Source of the DNA: Raphidiopsis brookii D9
GTDB lineage: Bacteria; Cyanobacteriota; Cyanobacteriia; Cyanobacteriales; Nostocaceae
NCBI GenBank assembly: GCA_000175855.1
Contig: ACYB01000035.1
Coordinates: 90,001 to 122,000 of the forward strand
Reading direction: 5' to 3'
Length of the DNA: 32,000 nucleotides
The notes below the pieces were generated by a model. The model was not told the origin of the DNA, did not search any database, and saw nothing but the letters and a program-made list of their open reading frames with translations. Numbering within the stretch: the first letter of the stretch is position 1; every line of letters starts with the position of its first letter. A program made the position numbers and the translations under genes. Of the stretch, positions 9,947 to 20,367 are shown one piece after another.

Positions 9947-10958
9947 CTACTGTTGTGCTGGTGGTGAACCTCTAAAAAATTTCGTTTTGGGATCGCACTT
10001 AATTTTCGCCTTTACATTAGAGTTGTCAGTGGTGTACTCAGAAGCAATTGGTTCAATGTAACAAGATTTACGTAAATAAAATCCCTTTTTACTATCAGTT
10101 GGTCCCTGCCAAATACTGAGAAGATCTAATCGGTAACCTGATTTGATATTAACCACACGAGGTTCAATTTTCCATAGTCCCTTCTCTTCAAATTTTTGCA
10201 GGTTTTTATTAATAATTATTTTTCCCAAGTTATCCACCTGTTGATTTGCCTCCAATAGCCACCTTTCCGCTTCTGACCAGGGTCTATTCGTGATTTGCTG
10301 TAGGATTAAAGGTTCAATTCTATTTAAAATTACATTGCCTGGTTCTGGTTTGTTTGCTTTTGGTTCAAATTTTAATTACAAAATTGCTGCGTTGAAAACT
10401 CTGTGCAGATAAACTGGGATATTCTTTTAACCATTTATCTGTGACAAAGTTAAATTGTAACCAGCAACTAATTAACATTGACCAACTTAGCAGCAAAATG
10501 ATTTTTTGTCTGACTTCCAATTTAGGAAGAGTCGCTTTTGGCGATATACCATTCCCCGTAAAAAACTGTGGTAATGCTGTAATTATGGCAGCAATTGTGG
10601 GCCATAAAACTATGGTTCTGACCGTGATTGTGTTTTCTCCATGTCCAAAGACAAATACACTAAATATAAATCCTGTCAACAAAGCACCCACAGGCATAAA
10701 AGTTCCTGGAATTCTTACGGGAGAATCTGTTGTGTACCAAGCGGTTCCGGCGAATAAAAATATCCAACCTGTAAAAGCAATAATATCTTTGATTATACCC
10801 GTGGCTAGGGATGAAATTCCCCAGGAGAAAACACTTAGATATATAAATGTCTGCCACGAGAAAGATCTGGGGGGCATTAATAGTTTCTGAATGCCTAAAA
10901 ACAGATCTTTAATAAATGTGAATAACTGGATGATTTCTTTCAATAATGGAAAGTTCAT
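9947..10958 (-). pseudogene. fraD: fraD-like (DUF5357-type) filament integrity/septal membrane protein, split by a single-base frameshift into ORFs 10365..10958 and 9947..10255
   Basis: The upstream ORF ends ...NFVIKI* at 10365. Removing one A of the AAAA run (minus strand, 10370-10373) gives ...NFVIKFEPKANKPEPGNVILNRIEPLILQQITNRPWSEAERWLLEANQQVDNLGKI..., an open frame of 336 aa. Multi-TM N-terminus, soluble C-terminus and position beside a FraC-like gene support the name. Confidence 0.6.
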
Positions 10959-10998
10959 AATTTTTACCTAGGGGATGCAGAGTGGTAGATTTTAAGTT

Positions 10999-11544
10999 TT
11001 AACTTCTTTTGAGAAAGTCCCGTGCTAAAATAAGTAGGGTAATGGCGGTATAGCTGATTGTATTAGCTATAAGGATGGTTGTAATCAGGTTATTATTTTG
11101 CATTTTCAGCTTTTGTTTCGCCAGACTCTTTTCTCTTTGGGTCATTTCTGCCAAGTCTAACTGATTCTTACCCTCACGCAAAATAATCATTAGTATTTTT
11201 AAAAACACGGACTCGATTACAAAAGTCCCCAGGAAAATCAAAAACCCTATGAGAAATAGATTAGTTTTGAGATTACCTTCAAAAGTGTTAAAGAATACAT
11301 AGCTCATCAGTTCCGATTTCAATTTGACGGGTAGAATTGGGTCCAGCAAGAAAAAAACGTTCCAACCCAGAACCGTGGAGAGGACATTGAGCGTTATGGC
11401 GTAGAAAACACTGGTCTTTTTGTCAAATTTGATTGCTCTGTGGAGAATATAGGACTCTATCGGAATAGCAACTAGCAAAAATAAAGTTTGAAAGACAATT
11501 GTACCCACGGGGAGGACTTTGGGTAGTGATAATTCATCAAGCAT
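10999..11544 (-). CDS. fraC: FraC-like filament integrity membrane protein
   Basis: 181 aa membrane protein (MLDELSLPKVLPVGTIVFQTLFLLVAIPIESYIL...). Size, TM layout and order upstream of the fraD-like gene match the Anabaena fraC-fraD operon. Family call is from memory, not a search. Confidence 0.6.
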   Translation of the reverse strand: MLDELSLPKVLPVGTIVFQTLFLLVAIPIESYILHRAIKFDKKTSVFYAITLNVLSTVLGWNVFFLLDPILPVKLKSELMSYVFFNTFEGNLKTNLFLIGFLIFLGTFVIESVFLKILMIILREGKNQLDLAEMTQREKSLAKQKLKMQNNNLITTILIANTISYTAITLLILARDFLKRS

Positions 11545-11647
11545 AAGACAGTGTGAATGAATTGAGTGGGATGGTTAAAAACTCATGGAACAACCATTCA
11601 ATATAATAGAATATACATAACTTGGGAGAAAATGGCTAGAAAAGAAG

Positions 11648-12784
11648 ATGACAAGAAATGGAATCGGTATTCTGACAGCACAAGCACGGTCAGAAAGACT
11701 GACGGGTCAAATTCACGTCTATGATGGTGCGGGAAAGGGTAAATCTCAAGCTGCTCTAGGGGTGGTTTTGCGCTCTATTGGCCTGGGTATCAATACTAAG
11801 AGCAATTGTAATCGCGTTTTGCTATTACGGTTCTTGAAAGGACCAGGAAGAGATTATGACGAAGATGGAGCGATCGCAGCTTTACAAAGGGGTTTTCCTC
11901 ATTTGATTGACCAGGTGCGTACAGGTAGGGCTGAGTATTTCGGACATGATGAAATTACTCCCTTTGACCGAGCAGAAGCAGCAAGGGGTTGGGATGTGGC
12001 CAAGGGTGCTCTTGCTTCCGACCTTTATTCGGTGGTGGTTCTGGATGAAATTAACCCGGTTTTAGATTTGGGACTGCTCCCAGTTCAAGAGGTGGTAGAA
12101 ACCTTAAAATCTAAACCTCAAGAACTGGAAATTATTACTACGGGTCGAGCAGCTCCACAACAATTACTGGATATTGCTGACTTGCACTCGGAAATGAAAC
12201 CCCACCATCATCCTCAAGCAGCAGAATTACTCTTGGATGGTATAGAAATTTATACTGGTTCAGGAAAAGGTAAGTCTACTAGTGCTTTGGGTAAGGCTCT
12301 AAAGTCTATTGGTAGGGGCATTAATCATCCCGGGTCTGCTCGTGTATTGATTATGCAATGGTTGAAAGGTGGTACTGGATATACTGAAGATGCTGCGATC
12401 GCCGCTTTACAGCAATCCTATCCCGATGTGGTGGATCACTTACGCTGCGGTCGGGATGCGATCGTGTGGCGCAATTCTCGACAACATTTGGACTATGTGG
12501 AAGCAGAACGAGGTTGGGAAATTGCCAAAACTGCGATCGCATCTGGGGTGTATAAAACTATCATCCTTGATGAACTAAATCCCACGGTTGACCTTGAGTT
12601 ACTCTCCGTAGAGCCTATCCTACAAGCCCTATTGCGTAAACCTAAAGGTACGGAAATCATTATTACTGGGCGTTGTCAAAATCAACCAGCCTATTTTGAT
12701 TTGGCAAGTATTCATTCTGAGGTTTATTGTCATAAACATTACGCAAACCAGGGAGTAGAATTAAAAAGAGGGGTAGATTTTTAA
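11648..12784 (+). CDS. Tandem-domain CobO/BtuR-like P-loop protein (cob(I)yrinic acid a,c-diamide adenosyltransferase family)
   Basis: Two copies of the domain: VYDGAGKGKSQAALGVVLRSIGLGI...VVVLDEINPVLDLGLL and IYTGSGKGKSTSALGKALKSIGRGI...TIILDELNPTVDLELL. Confidence 0.85.
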   Translation: MTRNGIGILTAQARSERLTGQIHVYDGAGKGKSQAALGVVLRSIGLGINTKSNCNRVLLLRFLKGPGRDYDEDGAIAALQRGFPHLIDQVRTGRAEYFGHDEITPFDRAEAARGWDVAKGALASDLYSVVVLDEINPVLDLGLLPVQEVVETLKSKPQELEIITTGRAAPQQLLDIADLHSEMKPHHHPQAAELLLDGIEIYTGSGKGKSTSALGKALKSIGRGINHPGSARVLIMQWLKGGTGYTEDAAIAALQQSYPDVVDHLRCGRDAIVWRNSRQHLDYVEAERGWEIAKTAIASGVYKTIILDELNPTVDLELLSVEPILQALLRKPKGTEIIITGRCQNQPAYFDLASIHSEVYCHKHYANQGVELKRGVDF

Positions 12785-14697
12785 GGGAGGGGAGTTAGGT
12801 TTACTGTGGGTTTGTCTTCATCAAACAAAGCCAAATCAAACCAAAAGGTAGTACCTACTCCAACTTCACTAACCAAATGCATTTGACTATGGTGTCTTTC
12901 CATGATATTCCTGACAATAGATAAACCCAGACCAGTACCCTCTAGGGTATGAACTCGATTTTCTACCCGGAAAAAGCGATCAAAAATTGCTTCTTGGTCT
13001 TCTGGAGCAATACCTATACCTGTATCACTAATCTCAATGCGGACTAATGGGGAATTGTGACCAGACCTATTTACATCTACTCTATAGGCACGAATGGCTA
13101 CTATGCCTCCTGCTGGTGTGAATTTCAAAGCATTACCGATTAAATTGCCAAACACTTGCAGCAATAAATCATAATTACCTATCACCATTGGTAAATTAGA
13201 TGCTAGTTCCTGAACCAGGTTAATACCCTTCTCCTTAGCATTAAGTTGATAAGTTCTCAACGTTTGTTCTAATGCTTGTGCTAGGTCAACACCATCAAAA
13301 TGGTAGGTTCGACCAGACTCTAGTTTTGACAAGTCTAAAACATCATTAACCAAACGGGTAAGTCTATCAGTTTCATGATTTACGGTTGCCAAAAATTCTT
13401 GACGCTCTTTGGCACCTAGGTCATCACCATAATCATGAAGAGTCTCAATATAGGTTTTAATATTGAATAGGGGAGTGCGCAACTCATGGGAAATATTACT
13501 AATAAATTGACTTTTAGCTTCATTTAATTCCACTTCCCGAGTGATATCTTGCACAGTAATAGCAATACCCTTAATGCTTTCTCGTTGGGAGTCAAGAACG
13601 GTGGTCAAAAGAATACGAATGGTACGTTTGGTTGGTTCTCTCAAGGGGATGCGAAATTCTGCACTTTCACGCTCACCACTGGCCATTTCATACAAAGTGC
13701 GAGTTATTTCCATTTGCACACTATGTGGTAGGTAATTCAAAAGATTTTGACCCACCACATCTGTTCCCTCCCAGGCAAAAATACGTCTGGCCGTGGGATT
13801 AACCAAAATTACCTGCATATTATTATCAATAAGTACTGCACCATCAGCAATAGTAGAAACTAAAGTTTCCAATTTAGCTTTTTCCGCAGTTAATTCCTCT
13901 ATATTTTGTTCCTCATACCTTTCTAGTCTTTCGGCCATGTCATTAAAGCTGAAAATTAGTTCCCCTAATTCTCCTCCCAAGGGTAAATCTATGCGCTGTT
14001 TAAAGTTTCCCGCCGCTATTTGTTTTACCCCTGCTAGCAATTCCTTAATTGGTTTGGTAATAGTCAAAGCATTAATCACCCCTGCCAAAATTACCATTAC
14101 CCAAATTGTGATAAAAACCGCAATAGTCACATCACGGGTAAAATTAGAGGAAATTACCGCTGTGGGATTGGGATTAATGCCAATGGCCAGCATACCCAAA
14201 TATCGCTTATTGGCCATCAAAGGGATAAAGACATCTGTGACTAAACCATCAGGCGTACTATGTTGACGAACTATTGGTTTTTGCTCATCATCAAGATAAT
14301 CTTCCGGTGGCAGCATTTCTTGTTTAATCGTCAAGGAACTTTCTAACTGGGGATCCCAGAAGGGAATGCCAAAAAAGATTTCGCCCGTTTCATCAGCATA
14401 CAGCATATAGCGCACGCTAGATGTACTACTGTAAAAGCGCTGGGAAAATTGTGCCACCTCCGTGAAGTTTTTTTCTGCAACTAGTGGTGTAACGTTAGAA
14501 GCTAACAGCAGTCCCAAGTCTCTGCCAAATCTTGTGTCATTCAACCATTCATCTTGTTGAATTGTATTAACCGCCCAAAAGGTTAATCCACTCATAAATA
14601 GGGAAACCACTAAGGTAGCAACTGCTAGGAGCTTAGTTTGTAGGGTAAACTCATACCACCAATGATTAATCACATTACGAATTGTTACAATTAACAT
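12781..14697 (-). CDS. nblS: Two-component sensor histidine kinase NblS (Hik33/DspA family)
   Basis: 638 aa; TM-sensor-TM, HAMP (ITKPIKELLAGVKQIAAGNFKQRIDLP), PAS, FISNISHELRTPLFNIKTYIETL, GTGLGLSIVRNIMERH; adjacent to purD as in many cyanobacteria. Confidence 0.93.
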   Translation of the reverse strand: MLIVTIRNVINHWWYEFTLQTKLLAVATLVVSLFMSGLTFWAVNTIQQDEWLNDTRFGRDLGLLLASNVTPLVAEKNFTEVAQFSQRFYSSTSSVRYMLYADETGEIFFGIPFWDPQLESSLTIKQEMLPPEDYLDDEQKPIVRQHSTPDGLVTDVFIPLMANKRYLGMLAIGINPNPTAVISSNFTRDVTIAVFITIWVMVILAGVINALTITKPIKELLAGVKQIAAGNFKQRIDLPLGGELGELIFSFNDMAERLERYEEQNIEELTAEKAKLETLVSTIADGAVLIDNNMQVILVNPTARRIFAWEGTDVVGQNLLNYLPHSVQMEITRTLYEMASGERESAEFRIPLREPTKRTIRILLTTVLDSQRESIKGIAITVQDITREVELNEAKSQFISNISHELRTPLFNIKTYIETLHDYGDDLGAKERQEFLATVNHETDRLTRLVNDVLDLSKLESGRTYHFDGVDLAQALEQTLRTYQLNAKEKGINLVQELASNLPMVIGNYDLLLQVFGNLIGNALKFTPAGGIVAIRAYRVDVNRSGHNSPLVRIEISDTGIGIAPEDQEAIFDRFFRVENRVHTLEGTGLGLSIVRNIMERHHSQMHLVSEVGVGTTFWFDLALFDEDKPTVNLTPLP

Positions 14698-14762
14698 TGT
14701 TCGACCACCAATATGTTTGATTACATTCTTAGCCTATCATCAAATTTACTGACTGACGGGGA

Positions 14763-16070
14763 TTAGCCAGTAAACTTGAGGACACGATGACCAATATCTC
14801 GACGGTAGTAAATTCCAGGAAATTGAATCTGTTGAATTCCATGGTATGCTTGGGCGATCGCCTGGGGGAAATTTTCTCCCCGTCCAGTAATATTTAACAC
14901 TCTACCGCCATCGGAGATAATTTGTCCTTGGGCGTTTAATTTAGTGCCAGCATGGAACACTTTGGCACCTAATATTTCCGCATCTGGGATACCAGTAATC
15001 ACCTCACCCTTTTGATAATTACCGGGATAGCCAGCGGAAGCTGCGACAATAGTAGCTGCTGCACCGGATTTCCAAGCCAAGGGTGGCATATCTGCCAATC
15101 GCTGGTGAATACAGGCTAGGATCAATTCATCTAAGGGGGTTTCCAATAACGGTAGAATTACTTGGGTTTCAGGATCGCCAAAGCGACAGTTAAACTCTAA
15201 AACACGGAAGTCGCCATTATCTGCAACCATTAGGCCAGCGTACAAAATCCCACGATAGTCAATCCCTCTTTGATTTAAAGCCAAAATGGTATTTTCTAAA
15301 ACTTCCCTTTGCACCCGTGACATTAGCTCTGGTGTAGCGATAGGAGTTGGTGCGTATGCTCCCATACCCCCAGTATTTTCTCCTGTATCCCCTTCACCTA
15401 TACGTTTATGGTCTTGTGCAGGTAAGAGTGGTCTAATAGTGACTCCATCTGTAATAGCTAAAACAGATACTTCTTGACCCAGGAGGTATTCCTCAATGAC
15501 TACACAATTACCTGCACTACCAAACTGTCCTTGAAAAATAGCATCTATAGCCATTTCAGCTTGTGTGAGAGTTTCAGCTACGGTGACACCTTTACCAGCA
15601 GCCAAACCGTCAGCTTTAATTACTATGGGTACTCCCTGTTGTTGGACGTAGATTTTTGCTAAATGGGCGGAGTCAAATACAGCAGCTTTAGCTGTGGGCA
15701 CTCCTGCTTCTTGCATTAATGATTTAGCCCAGGACTTACTTGCCTCGATTTGCGCTCCATTGCGGTTAGGACCAAATACCATAAGTCCTAGTTCTTGTAA
15801 GTAGTCAGTGATGCCATTTGCCAAGGGGACTTCCGGACCAACGACCACCAAGGAAATGTTATATTCTAGGGCGAATTTGCCTATAGCAGGGAAGTCGTTT
15901 ACTGATAGGGGTAGGTTTTGACAACCTTTGAGATTTGCAGTACCACCATTTCCAGGTACGCAAACCACCTGATTAACCCGCTCAGACTGCAGCAGTTTCC
16001 ACGCTAGAGCGTGTTCTCTTCCTCCATTACCAATAACTAAAACCTTCACCTGTTTTAATACCTTTGCCAC
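14763..16070 (-). CDS. purD: Phosphoribosylamine--glycine ligase
   Basis: VLVIGNGGREHALAWKL, PLLPAQDHKRIGEGDTGENTGGMGAYAPTP, EFNCRFGDPETQVILP. Confidence 0.95.
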   Translation of the reverse strand: MAKVLKQVKVLVIGNGGREHALAWKLLQSERVNQVVCVPGNGGTANLKGCQNLPLSVNDFPAIGKFALEYNISLVVVGPEVPLANGITDYLQELGLMVFGPNRNGAQIEASKSWAKSLMQEAGVPTAKAAVFDSAHLAKIYVQQQGVPIVIKADGLAAGKGVTVAETLTQAEMAIDAIFQGQFGSAGNCVVIEEYLLGQEVSVLAITDGVTIRPLLPAQDHKRIGEGDTGENTGGMGAYAPTPIATPELMSRVQREVLENTILALNQRGIDYRGILYAGLMVADNGDFRVLEFNCRFGDPETQVILPLLETPLDELILACIHQRLADMPPLAWKSGAAATIVAASAGYPGNYQKGEVITGIPDAEILGAKVFHAGTKLNAQGQIISDGGRVLNITGRGENFPQAIAQAYHGIQQIQFPGIYYRRDIGHRVLKFTG

Positions 16071-16362
16071 AAAAATAGATAAAAGTTAGAGTGGATGTAG
16101 TAGAGCTATTATTTGGCAACAAAAAACCCCCTACTCCACAAGCTGACCCATTATAGCACCATTTATGTTTTTCGTTAAACTTTCCCGGTCTAAAGACGCG
16201 GAGATTTCTGAAGAGCCCATAAATGAACTTTCTTAGGCCGGCTTAAATCAACCTCTACCAATTCCCCATTGTTGATCACAAGAATTTTGACTGCTTTCCT
16301 TAGTGGTATGTATGCCATAATTAAACTATAGCATTAATTGCCAAAAGTTAGCAAGTGGATAA

Positions 16363-16842
16363 CTAGTTAATTTCCTCGATGATGGCTTTTTGAAAATCTT
16401 TAGTCGTATTACAGATAAATTGTGGATTTAAAATTTGCTCAATTTTGTAACAACAAACATCAGGAAATATAGCCAACTCCATTCCTGTTTCTGCTGCTGC
16501 TTCTCGACGAGCATTTCGGTAAGCCTTACTGAGCAAGTCAGGAATATACTTTCCTAAACCAGGATTTTCTTCTAACAAATCTTGAAGATCATCTCGTTGG
16601 TTAGCAATCGTGGTAAACCAACTGATAGACCGCTTATCAGCTTGATATTGCCACTTGAGTAAATGGGAGAGTAAAACAATTAAACGACTCTTTAACTGAT
16701 TTTTTTCACTAATGCCCATTAAGGTTAATTCTTCAGCCAAATTATCCCAATCTAAAATATCGCCATTTTTATGCTTCAACGCCCAAATCTGGTGATTTAA
16801 CCAGGTTAAGAAATCTGTGATATACAAAGAAGAGTCAGGCAT
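16363..16842 (-). CDS. DUF29 family protein
   Basis: 159 aa; DWDNLAEELTLMGISEKNQLKSRLIVLLSHLLKWQYQ..., typical of cyanobacterial DUF29 proteins. Confidence 0.85.
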   Translation of the reverse strand: MPDSSLYITDFLTWLNHQIWALKHKNGDILDWDNLAEELTLMGISEKNQLKSRLIVLLSHLLKWQYQADKRSISWFTTIANQRDDLQDLLEENPGLGKYIPDLLSKAYRNARREAAAETGMELAIFPDVCCYKIEQILNPQFICNTTKDFQKAIIEEIN

Positions 16843-17141
16843 AAAAAATTACCGATTCTACTGTTAGGATTATTCGCCTTAACACCAAATACCATATCAA
16901 ATTTTTTCTATAAGTCAAGGGAATATGACCGTTAGTTTACATTTCTTTACTGCGAACGGCGATCGCCTCTTGTCTGTTTCTATCCATTGAACTGTGCCTA
17001 TATCGGTAGAAATTCCAAAGCGCCCCTGGGACAGGTTTATTTAAGTATGGAACTGCTATTCTTGAGGTCATCCCCTTTAGGTAGTTAATAAAGGCGAGCT
17101 CGCACTTGCGAGAAGGGCTTTGGCTCGCTTTTTGGTAAATT

Positions 17142-17471
17142 TTACACTTTGGCCCAATAATCTGACACCAACACCGACTCCAGGTAAGGGCCCACTAAGT
17201 CCTTAAACAACTCGTGGTCAGGGTGGGGTAGGTAGGCGTCGAGGTCTGCTTCGCTTTTAAAGGTGAGGAAGAAGCAGTGGGTGAAGCCGAGAAGATTCAG
17301 TTCGGATTTTTCCTTGGATACATTGGTGCCCCACTCAAAATCGTGAATGACATCGATCTTGGCAGGTAGGGCGCGGAAAGCTTCTTCGATTTCCGCGATC
17401 TGTGCAGGCGTTGTTCCCTCTTTGAACTTGAAGACGACAACGTGACGGAGGAGAGATGGATTGGTGGGCAT
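17142..17471 (-). CDS. Dabb (stress-responsive A/B barrel) family protein
   Basis: MPTNPSLLRHVVVFKFKEGTTPAQIAEIEEAFRALP...FKSEADLDAYLPHPDHELFKDLVGPYLESVLVSDYW. The ORF track start (17606) is too far upstream; the Dabb homology begins at the ATG at 17471. Confidence 0.8.
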   Translation of the reverse strand: MPTNPSLLRHVVVFKFKEGTTPAQIAEIEEAFRALPAKIDVIHDFEWGTNVSKEKSELNLLGFTHCFFLTFKSEADLDAYLPHPDHELFKDLVGPYLESVLVSDYWAKV

Positions 17472-17691
17472 AGTAGGATTGTACTTTTGAGATTTTTGTA
17501 TTAGATGAAGGCGGACATAGGGAATGTACCATAGAATCATAGAATCAAACACTGATCTCAAGGTTCGGTTTACCGAACCTTGTGGATGTTCTTGAAAGTT
17601 TTTCACCCGGAAGTCGATAATTTTTTAATTATGTTGGCTGCGCCTTGGCAGTCAGCATTCATTAAGATGCCTTGAGCAGATGTGTCCAATT

Positions 17692-20367
17692 TTATTCCAC
17701 CACCTCATTCACAGGAAAGCGGTCAATTAACTGCATTGCCCTTCCAGCATTTTTCCGCAGAGACTCGCTCACAAAGGGAGCATGAGGAATTTGTGACAAC
17801 AAATCAAGAGTACGCCTTAATAACCTAACTACATCACCCTCATCTAAAGTGGTCATGGCACAAATTTGTAACCATTTGGTTCCCAGTGCCCATTGTTCTA
17901 CAATAGCAATCAGTTCGAATTCTAACCATATAGGTAGAGCAACATGATAACGATGTTGAATCTGAAATAACTTACGTCTAATATTACGCAAATTTGACAG
18001 GGCACTCCCCACCTCATCACTCAAATCAAAACTCACCCTACTATCAGGTCGTGGTGTTTCCGTGACTAGTGCTGCTATTGCTGCTGCTAAGTGATGGGGA
18101 TCTAAATTATCTAATTCACCACTATCTATAGCTAATCCTAACCATAATTCATTCTCACCCCTAATGGTGGCCGCCATTTGTCCCAAGTATGTGGGTACCA
18201 AATTGTCCAGGGCGTCAAAATGTTGTAGAATCCTAATTAGGTTCAAAAACTGCTCCCAATGTTGCTCAGAGTTTTGTTTTACCTGCTTCTCTAAACCCTC
18301 CAGATATGATTTTAATTCCAGAAACTTGGCTTTCTGCTTGAATATATGCCCAATTTTACCGGACTGGTGTACGGGATTATTTTCCATTTGTGACTGTATA
18401 GACACTACCCGACTGAGTTGATTTGCTAACTCCGGTGTCATGTACAAAAACTCTGTCGCGTCTGGAATAATATCCGCTATCTCTGCTGTCTGTGCATCTC
18501 CTCGCCAAGAATAACCTTTTTTTAATCCTAGCTCTATAGGGGGTATAATACTTTCTAGCACTTCTACCCTAGATATATGAGCATGTACTTCAAGTATATC
18601 TGAGCTTGTAGCTGAGTACCAACGATTATTCTTACCTAAACAAATAAGATAGGAACTCGGACCAGTGTCTGGCACTTTACTATATAGTATGGCTGTTATT
18701 GGTAGAGTAGCTGTGGTGTTTTTATCTCTCAAGCTCACAAGAGTCCCTTTGACGGCAAATTCCAGCATCATATACAATTCAGACTCTCTTTCTTCCCTTA
18801 GTTGCTCCTGTAAAGTTCTAAATATATGTAGCTCTACCTTTAAAATCTGTTTCAACTTTTCATAAAGGGTAATTTCATTTTCGTCTATGACACTTAATTC
18901 TTCCTCAATTTTTGTCAATTCTGCCTTAATTTCCTCAATTTCGTCGTATTCTGGCTTTAAATATAAAGTCGCCATGTACTGACCAAAACTGCGCTCTATT
19001 AGTTCCTTAGCTTGTTCTAAGGTATGGGTTTGCAACAGGTTTAACACCATGCCATAACTAGGAGTAAACTGACTCACTAAGGGATCTGCAGGGGATGTGG
19101 CTAAATATGCAGCTTCTCTTGCTCCCTCAAAGGGTGTTTGTAAAGTCACTACATGACCCTGTCTATCCATTCCCCTTCTACCCGCACGACCGGACATCTG
19201 TAAAAACTCAGAAGCCTTCAATAGTCGATGTCCATTATCAGTTCGCTTGGAAAGAGTTGATATTACTGTTGTCCGCGCAGGCATATTAATACCCGCCGCT
19301 AGTGTTTCTGTGGCAAATACAACTTTAATTAGACCCTGCTGAAATAGTTCTTCAACTAGTAACTTCCAAGCTGGTAATATGCCTGCATGGTGTGCCGCAA
19401 TACCCTTATACAGGGGAGCAATTTGCCCAGAACGTCCAGCTTCCGGATTGCGAGTTAAAAATTCATCAATTTGTACTCGTAATATTTGGGATTCTTCATT
19501 ATTCACCAACCATAGGTCGCTAACTTCTGAAACGGCTTTATCACAACCACGACGGCTGAAAATAAAGAAAATTGCTGGTAACATATCCCTCTGGGATAAT
19601 TGACTGAGGGTATAAACTATAGTTGGAGGTTCGGGACGATTACCATAACCCCTCTCCCCAATCCCCTTCTTACCCCGTTTGATTAACCTGGAATTAATTT
19701 TGGTCCTACTCTCATTCAGTAGAGGAAATAAACCTTTTGGGTTACAGAAGTGAAACTCTAGGGGAACGGGACGAAAATCAGAGTAAATTAAATCTGTTGG
19801 TCCGTGAACCCGATTTAACCAATCCGTTAGTTGGTCGCTATTATCAACAGTAGCAGAAAGGGCAACCAACTGAACCTCCTGGGGACAGTAAATTATGGAT
19901 TCCTCCCAAACTGTACCCCGCTGCTGATCGTTCATGTAGTGGCATTCATCTAAGACCACAGCCTCAACATTGGTCAAAGATACCCCAATTTGTCCTATGG
20001 GGGTACCATAAAGCATATTACGGAAAATTTCCGTGGTCATCACAATAATCGGTGCTTCCCGGTTTACAGAAGCATCTCCCGTGAGCAGTCCCACCTGCTC
20101 AAAACCAAATTTTTCCCGAAAGTCCCGTAACTTTTGATTGGATAAGGCTTTTAGGGGAGTTGTGTAAAATACCCTTTTACCCTGAGATAAAGCCCGATAA
20201 ATGGCATATTCACCAATTAAGGTTTTACCAGAACCTGTCGGAGCACAGACAACTACTGATCTTCCACCATTTAAAGAGGCGATCGCATCTAGTTGAAATT
20301 GATCGAGTTCAAAGGGAAAAATTGACTGTAGGTCAATTTCTAAAGGGGATGGAGTGTGATTATTCAC
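17692..20367 (-). CDS. DEAD/DEAH-box (Ski2/Dob1-type) helicase
   Basis: VVCAPTGSGKTLIGEYAI, DECHYMNDQQRGTVWEE, LSATVDN, MSGRAGRRGMDRQG. The GTG at 20365-20367 is preceded by GGAGG with 5-nt spacing (GGAGGTTCTAGTG), a better start than the ORF track start at 20490. Confidence 0.9.
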   Translation of the reverse strand: MNNHTPSPLEIDLQSIFPFELDQFQLDAIASLNGGRSVVVCAPTGSGKTLIGEYAIYRALSQGKRVFYTTPLKALSNQKLRDFREKFGFEQVGLLTGDASVNREAPIIVMTTEIFRNMLYGTPIGQIGVSLTNVEAVVLDECHYMNDQQRGTVWEESIIYCPQEVQLVALSATVDNSDQLTDWLNRVHGPTDLIYSDFRPVPLEFHFCNPKGLFPLLNESRTKINSRLIKRGKKGIGERGYGNRPEPPTIVYTLSQLSQRDMLPAIFFIFSRRGCDKAVSEVSDLWLVNNEESQILRVQIDEFLTRNPEAGRSGQIAPLYKGIAAHHAGILPAWKLLVEELFQQGLIKVVFATETLAAGINMPARTTVISTLSKRTDNGHRLLKASEFLQMSGRAGRRGMDRQGHVVTLQTPFEGAREAAYLATSPADPLVSQFTPSYGMVLNLLQTHTLEQAKELIERSFGQYMATLYLKPEYDEIEEIKAELTKIEEELSVIDENEITLYEKLKQILKVELHIFRTLQEQLREERESELYMMLEFAVKGTLVSLRDKNTTATLPITAILYSKVPDTGPSSYLICLGKNNRWYSATSSDILEVHAHISRVEVLESIIPPIELGLKKGYSWRGDAQTAEIADIIPDATEFLYMTPELANQLSRVVSIQSQMENNPVHQSGKIGHIFKQKAKFLELKSYLEGLEKQVKQNSEQHWEQFLNLIRILQHFDALDNLVPTYLGQMAATIRGENELWLGLAIDSGELDNLDPHHLAAAIAALVTETPRPDSRVSFDLSDEVGSALSNLRNIRRKLFQIQHRYHVALPIWLEFELIAIVEQWALGTKWLQICAMTTLDEGDVVRLLRRTLDLLSQIPHAPFVSESLRKNAGRAMQLIDRFPVNEVVE

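Noticed and set aside
9947-10255. Independent 102-aa hypothetical protein
   Set aside because: Its 'start' is a TTG inside a longer open frame that connects to the upstream 197-aa ORF after correcting one base; better explained as the C-terminus of the fraD-like protein.
13541-14266. Plus-strand ORFs opposite nblS (60-157 aa)
   Set aside because: Antisense to a strongly conserved histidine kinase frame; composition mirrors the coding strand.
16190-16319. Possible small gene upstream of purD (MAYIPLRKAVKILVINNGEFGRG...)
   Set aside because: The frame stops after about 23 codons and no homologous family is recognisable; not supportable.
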